From NCBI RefSeq assembly GCF_044324875.1, contig NZ_CP172186.1: a DNA stretch of 64,000 bases. The stretch is one strand, 5' to 3'. Numbering within the stretch: position 1 is the stretch's first letter; each line of letters begins with the position of its first letter. Shown piece after piece: positions 61,737-64,000 of the stretch. This DNA is from Escherichia coli (lineage in GTDB: Bacteria; Pseudomonadota; Gammaproteobacteria; Enterobacterales; Enterobacteriaceae). The position numbers were made by a program, and so were the translations under genes. The notes under the pieces are model-generated. The model saw only the letters and a list, made by a program, of their open reading frames with translations. It searched no databases and was not told the origin of the DNA.

Positions 61737-62807
61737 TTATTCCTGTGGACGATCTGTCACCCGCAGCAGACATTGTGCTGTGCTGGTCCGGGCATACAGC
61801 GGTTTTTCCACCGGGGTGTAGAGTGCAAAGAGCTGCTCCAGCGCCTGGCGGAAACTGCCGGTGAAAACCAGAGGAGCATCGATGCTGTAGTTGACAGGTG
61901 TTTCCCAGCGCAGTGTCCATGTGCCGTGCGGGCATTTTTCGGATGATGTCCAGCGGGCCAGTCCGTCTTTCAGGGTGGTCCCCTTTTCCATTTTCCATTG
62001 CCGTGGCGGTATGACCTTCTGCGGTGGTGGCACTACCGGTTTCGTGGCCACCGGGGCTGGCGTGGTTGTTCTGCTCTCTGGTGTTCCGGATGCCCCGGTG
62101 GTGGTCTGAGCCCGGGATACGCTGACGGCAGGTGTCACTGGTGTCGGGCCTGCCGGCGTTGCGGTGCTGCCCCTGAACGGATTACGCGGTGTATCAGCAG
62201 CTTTCTGTGAACCCTGCGGTGCCGTGACGTCGACCGGCGGTGTTGCAGAGGTCGTGACAGTCAGTATTTTCCTGTTCCAGTCCATATGTCCGTAAAGCTG
62301 CTGGCCGGCCAGCAGCGCATTCAGTGCCCGGTGCCACTGGTCATTAACGGACCAGGAAGGGAGGCGTTTGTTCAGTGCCGGTGTGGCGGCATTCTGCTGG
62401 CGGAACTGCCAGCCGGTTGGCAGCAGCTGGCGTATCCAGTCACTGACGGTGCGCTGACGTGCTTCACGTAAATAAACGACGGATGAGGGACCGGGCTTAC
62501 CGGTCATAACCAGTGCAGACAGCGGTGTGGCCTGAAGAAGCGGGCGGGGAGGCAGTGCGGTACTCTGGCTGCTGACAGTGGTTGAGGGTGTCGCCGTTGT
62601 TGTCGGACGGGGCGGTGTCACAGGGCGGGTCACCGGTGGCGGAAGCAGACGTTTTTGCGTATGGGTGATAATGGCAGCACTTTCGCGAATTTGTCCGTCG
62701 ACGAACACCAGAGCCGGAGGCGTGGTATCCGGAACAGGCGTGGCATTAAATGCCGTACAGCCGCTGAGTAATGACGGCAGAAGGAGTGTCAGTGATTTCT
62801 TTTGCAT
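61737..62807 (-). CDS. pilL: PilL lipoprotein
   Basis: Lipobox LLSGCTA, 356 aa, Pro/Thr-rich linker. Confidence 0.7.
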   Translation of the reverse strand: MQKKSLTLLLPSLLSGCTAFNATPVPDTTPPALVFVDGQIRESAAIITHTQKRLLPPPVTRPVTPPRPTTTATPSTTVSSQSTALPPRPLLQATPLSALVMTGKPGPSSVVYLREARQRTVSDWIRQLLPTGWQFRQQNAATPALNKRLPSWSVNDQWHRALNALLAGQQLYGHMDWNRKILTVTTSATPPVDVTAPQGSQKAADTPRNPFRGSTATPAGPTPVTPAVSVSRAQTTTGASGTPESRTTTPAPVATKPVVPPPQKVIPPRQWKMEKGTTLKDGLARWTSSEKCPHGTWTLRWETPVNYSIDAPLVFTGSFRQALEQLFALYTPVEKPLYARTSTAQCLLRVTDRPQE

Positions 62808-62928
62808 AGAATATAATCCGGTATATTACGGGTTACGGTATAAGACAGGTGGCGGGTAACTGGCCTTCAGATGAATATCATTTCATCGGGTTATTGATGA
62901 TGAACCTTAAAAATCACAGAGGTGATGC

Positions 62929-63324
62929 ATGATAAAGAAGATGTGGCGTTATTTACGGCAAATTGATAAGTATGAATTGCTGCAGCAGGTGATTTCAGTA
63001 CATGAAGTGGAACTGCTCAGGAAAATGATGACAGATTCATTATTAGGGTGCTCAGTAGGATATGTGTTTTCGAAAATACTGAAGATATCCTTTCTGCGTT
63101 TTATTCAGTCTGAGGGGGGATGGGATATTATTACTTACTTTTTGTGGATGCTGGGAATGCTTATTGTCATGGCCGTGCTGTTTATCTGGATGTGCGCCGC
63201 TGTATGCTATGAGCTTCGGATGTATAAAATAAAAACAGGAAGGGAGAACGATATATTATTCTGGGTGTGGATTCTTCTTTTTGATGTCGCGGTTGTATTT
63301 TCGCTGGGTAATGTTATCTGGTGA
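62929..63324 (+). CDS. Hypothetical membrane protein, AT-rich
   Basis: 131 aa, 3 TM helices. Confidence 0.35.
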   Translation: MIKKMWRYLRQIDKYELLQQVISVHEVELLRKMMTDSLLGCSVGYVFSKILKISFLRFIQSEGGWDIITYFLWMLGMLIVMAVLFIWMCAAVCYELRMYKIKTGRENDILFWVWILLFDVAVVFSLGNVIW

Positions 63325-63756
63325 TTATGGGTTCAGTGACATATGGAAAAAGATAAGTGCGAACATTGATACTGAAGAATAATATATCCAGGAATAGAAA
63401 AACATGAATTTCGGAGATGGTTTCTTCTGTCTCCTGTTTTTCAGGGGAGTCTGTGGGTCAAATGTTATCAGCGTCATTAAAGGATACCCTTTCATAAGAA
63501 TAAAAATATAGACGCATAAATGAGCGTAAAGAGGTAACCTGTCCTGCCAGAACAGAATCATCATGATGACGGCAAGATGAAATGTCGTTACATTGATATA
63601 ATAAAACCAGCTGTATTTACGCAGATACTGTTGGATATTCACGCTGTCAGCATGCGGTTCTGGTGAACAATTTATGCAAAAACAGAAGAAAGAAATGATG
63701 ATGAACACGGTCAGAGTGACCGGTAATACAGTCACAAGCAGAAAGAGTATGGACAT
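63325..63756 (-). CDS. Hypothetical membrane protein, AT-rich
   Basis: 143 aa, 4 TM helices; convergent with previous ORF. Confidence 0.35.
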   Translation of the reverse strand: MSILFLLVTVLPVTLTVFIIISFFCFCINCSPEPHADSVNIQQYLRKYSWFYYINVTTFHLAVIMMILFWQDRLPLYAHLCVYIFILMKGYPLMTLITFDPQTPLKNRRQKKPSPKFMFFYSWIYYSSVSMFALIFFHMSLNP

Positions 63757-64000
63757 AAAAATATCTCCGTCAGGATAGTGTGATTATTCCTTTATGGTTC
63801 CATAACCCGGCGTAGCTCCGTCGACTGGTTATAATTTTATCCGGGACCTGGCTTTAAGGGGTAATGCCACCTCTTTCCATTCACTACAGCTTCCGGGAAT
63901 ACGTTCTGTGCGTCGTATTATTCGTGTGTTCTGGCATACAATAATCAGGGCATTGTCTGCCGTCTGAAAAGGCATAATCGCAATGTTAATATCTTCTGTT

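Overview
This window looks like the transfer region of an IncI/I-complex conjugative plasmid (R64/ColIb-P9 type; type IVB, Dot/Icm-like), almost entirely on the minus strand and heavily remodelled by mobile elements. All family assignments are from reading the translations and gene order by eye; no database search was run. Right to left the backbone reads: thin-pilus genes pilL to pilV, a PilV shufflon with six 19-bp repeats, the Rci recombinase, traH-traJ, a Sog-type primase, traL-traY, an ExcA-like gene, a hok/sok-type pndCA module, nuc, and trbA-trbB-trbC. A 6.77-kb Tn3-family transposon with a 5-bp ATGAA target duplication splits a tra gene between traU and traR. It carries an inactivated tnpA, tnpR, an AT-rich secreted EEP-family gene, and IS2 and IS1 fragments. 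An IS21-family element sits between trbA and nuc. Where the oriT-relaxase module would be expected beyond trbC there is instead an IS66-family element inserted into a truncated IS629-like copy. The most interesting leads are the EEP cargo gene, an unannotated 27-codon hydrophobic peptide upstream of trbA, a four-gene small-ORF cluster, and two extra membrane-protein genes inside the pil operon. No rRNA, tRNA or CRISPR array was seen.
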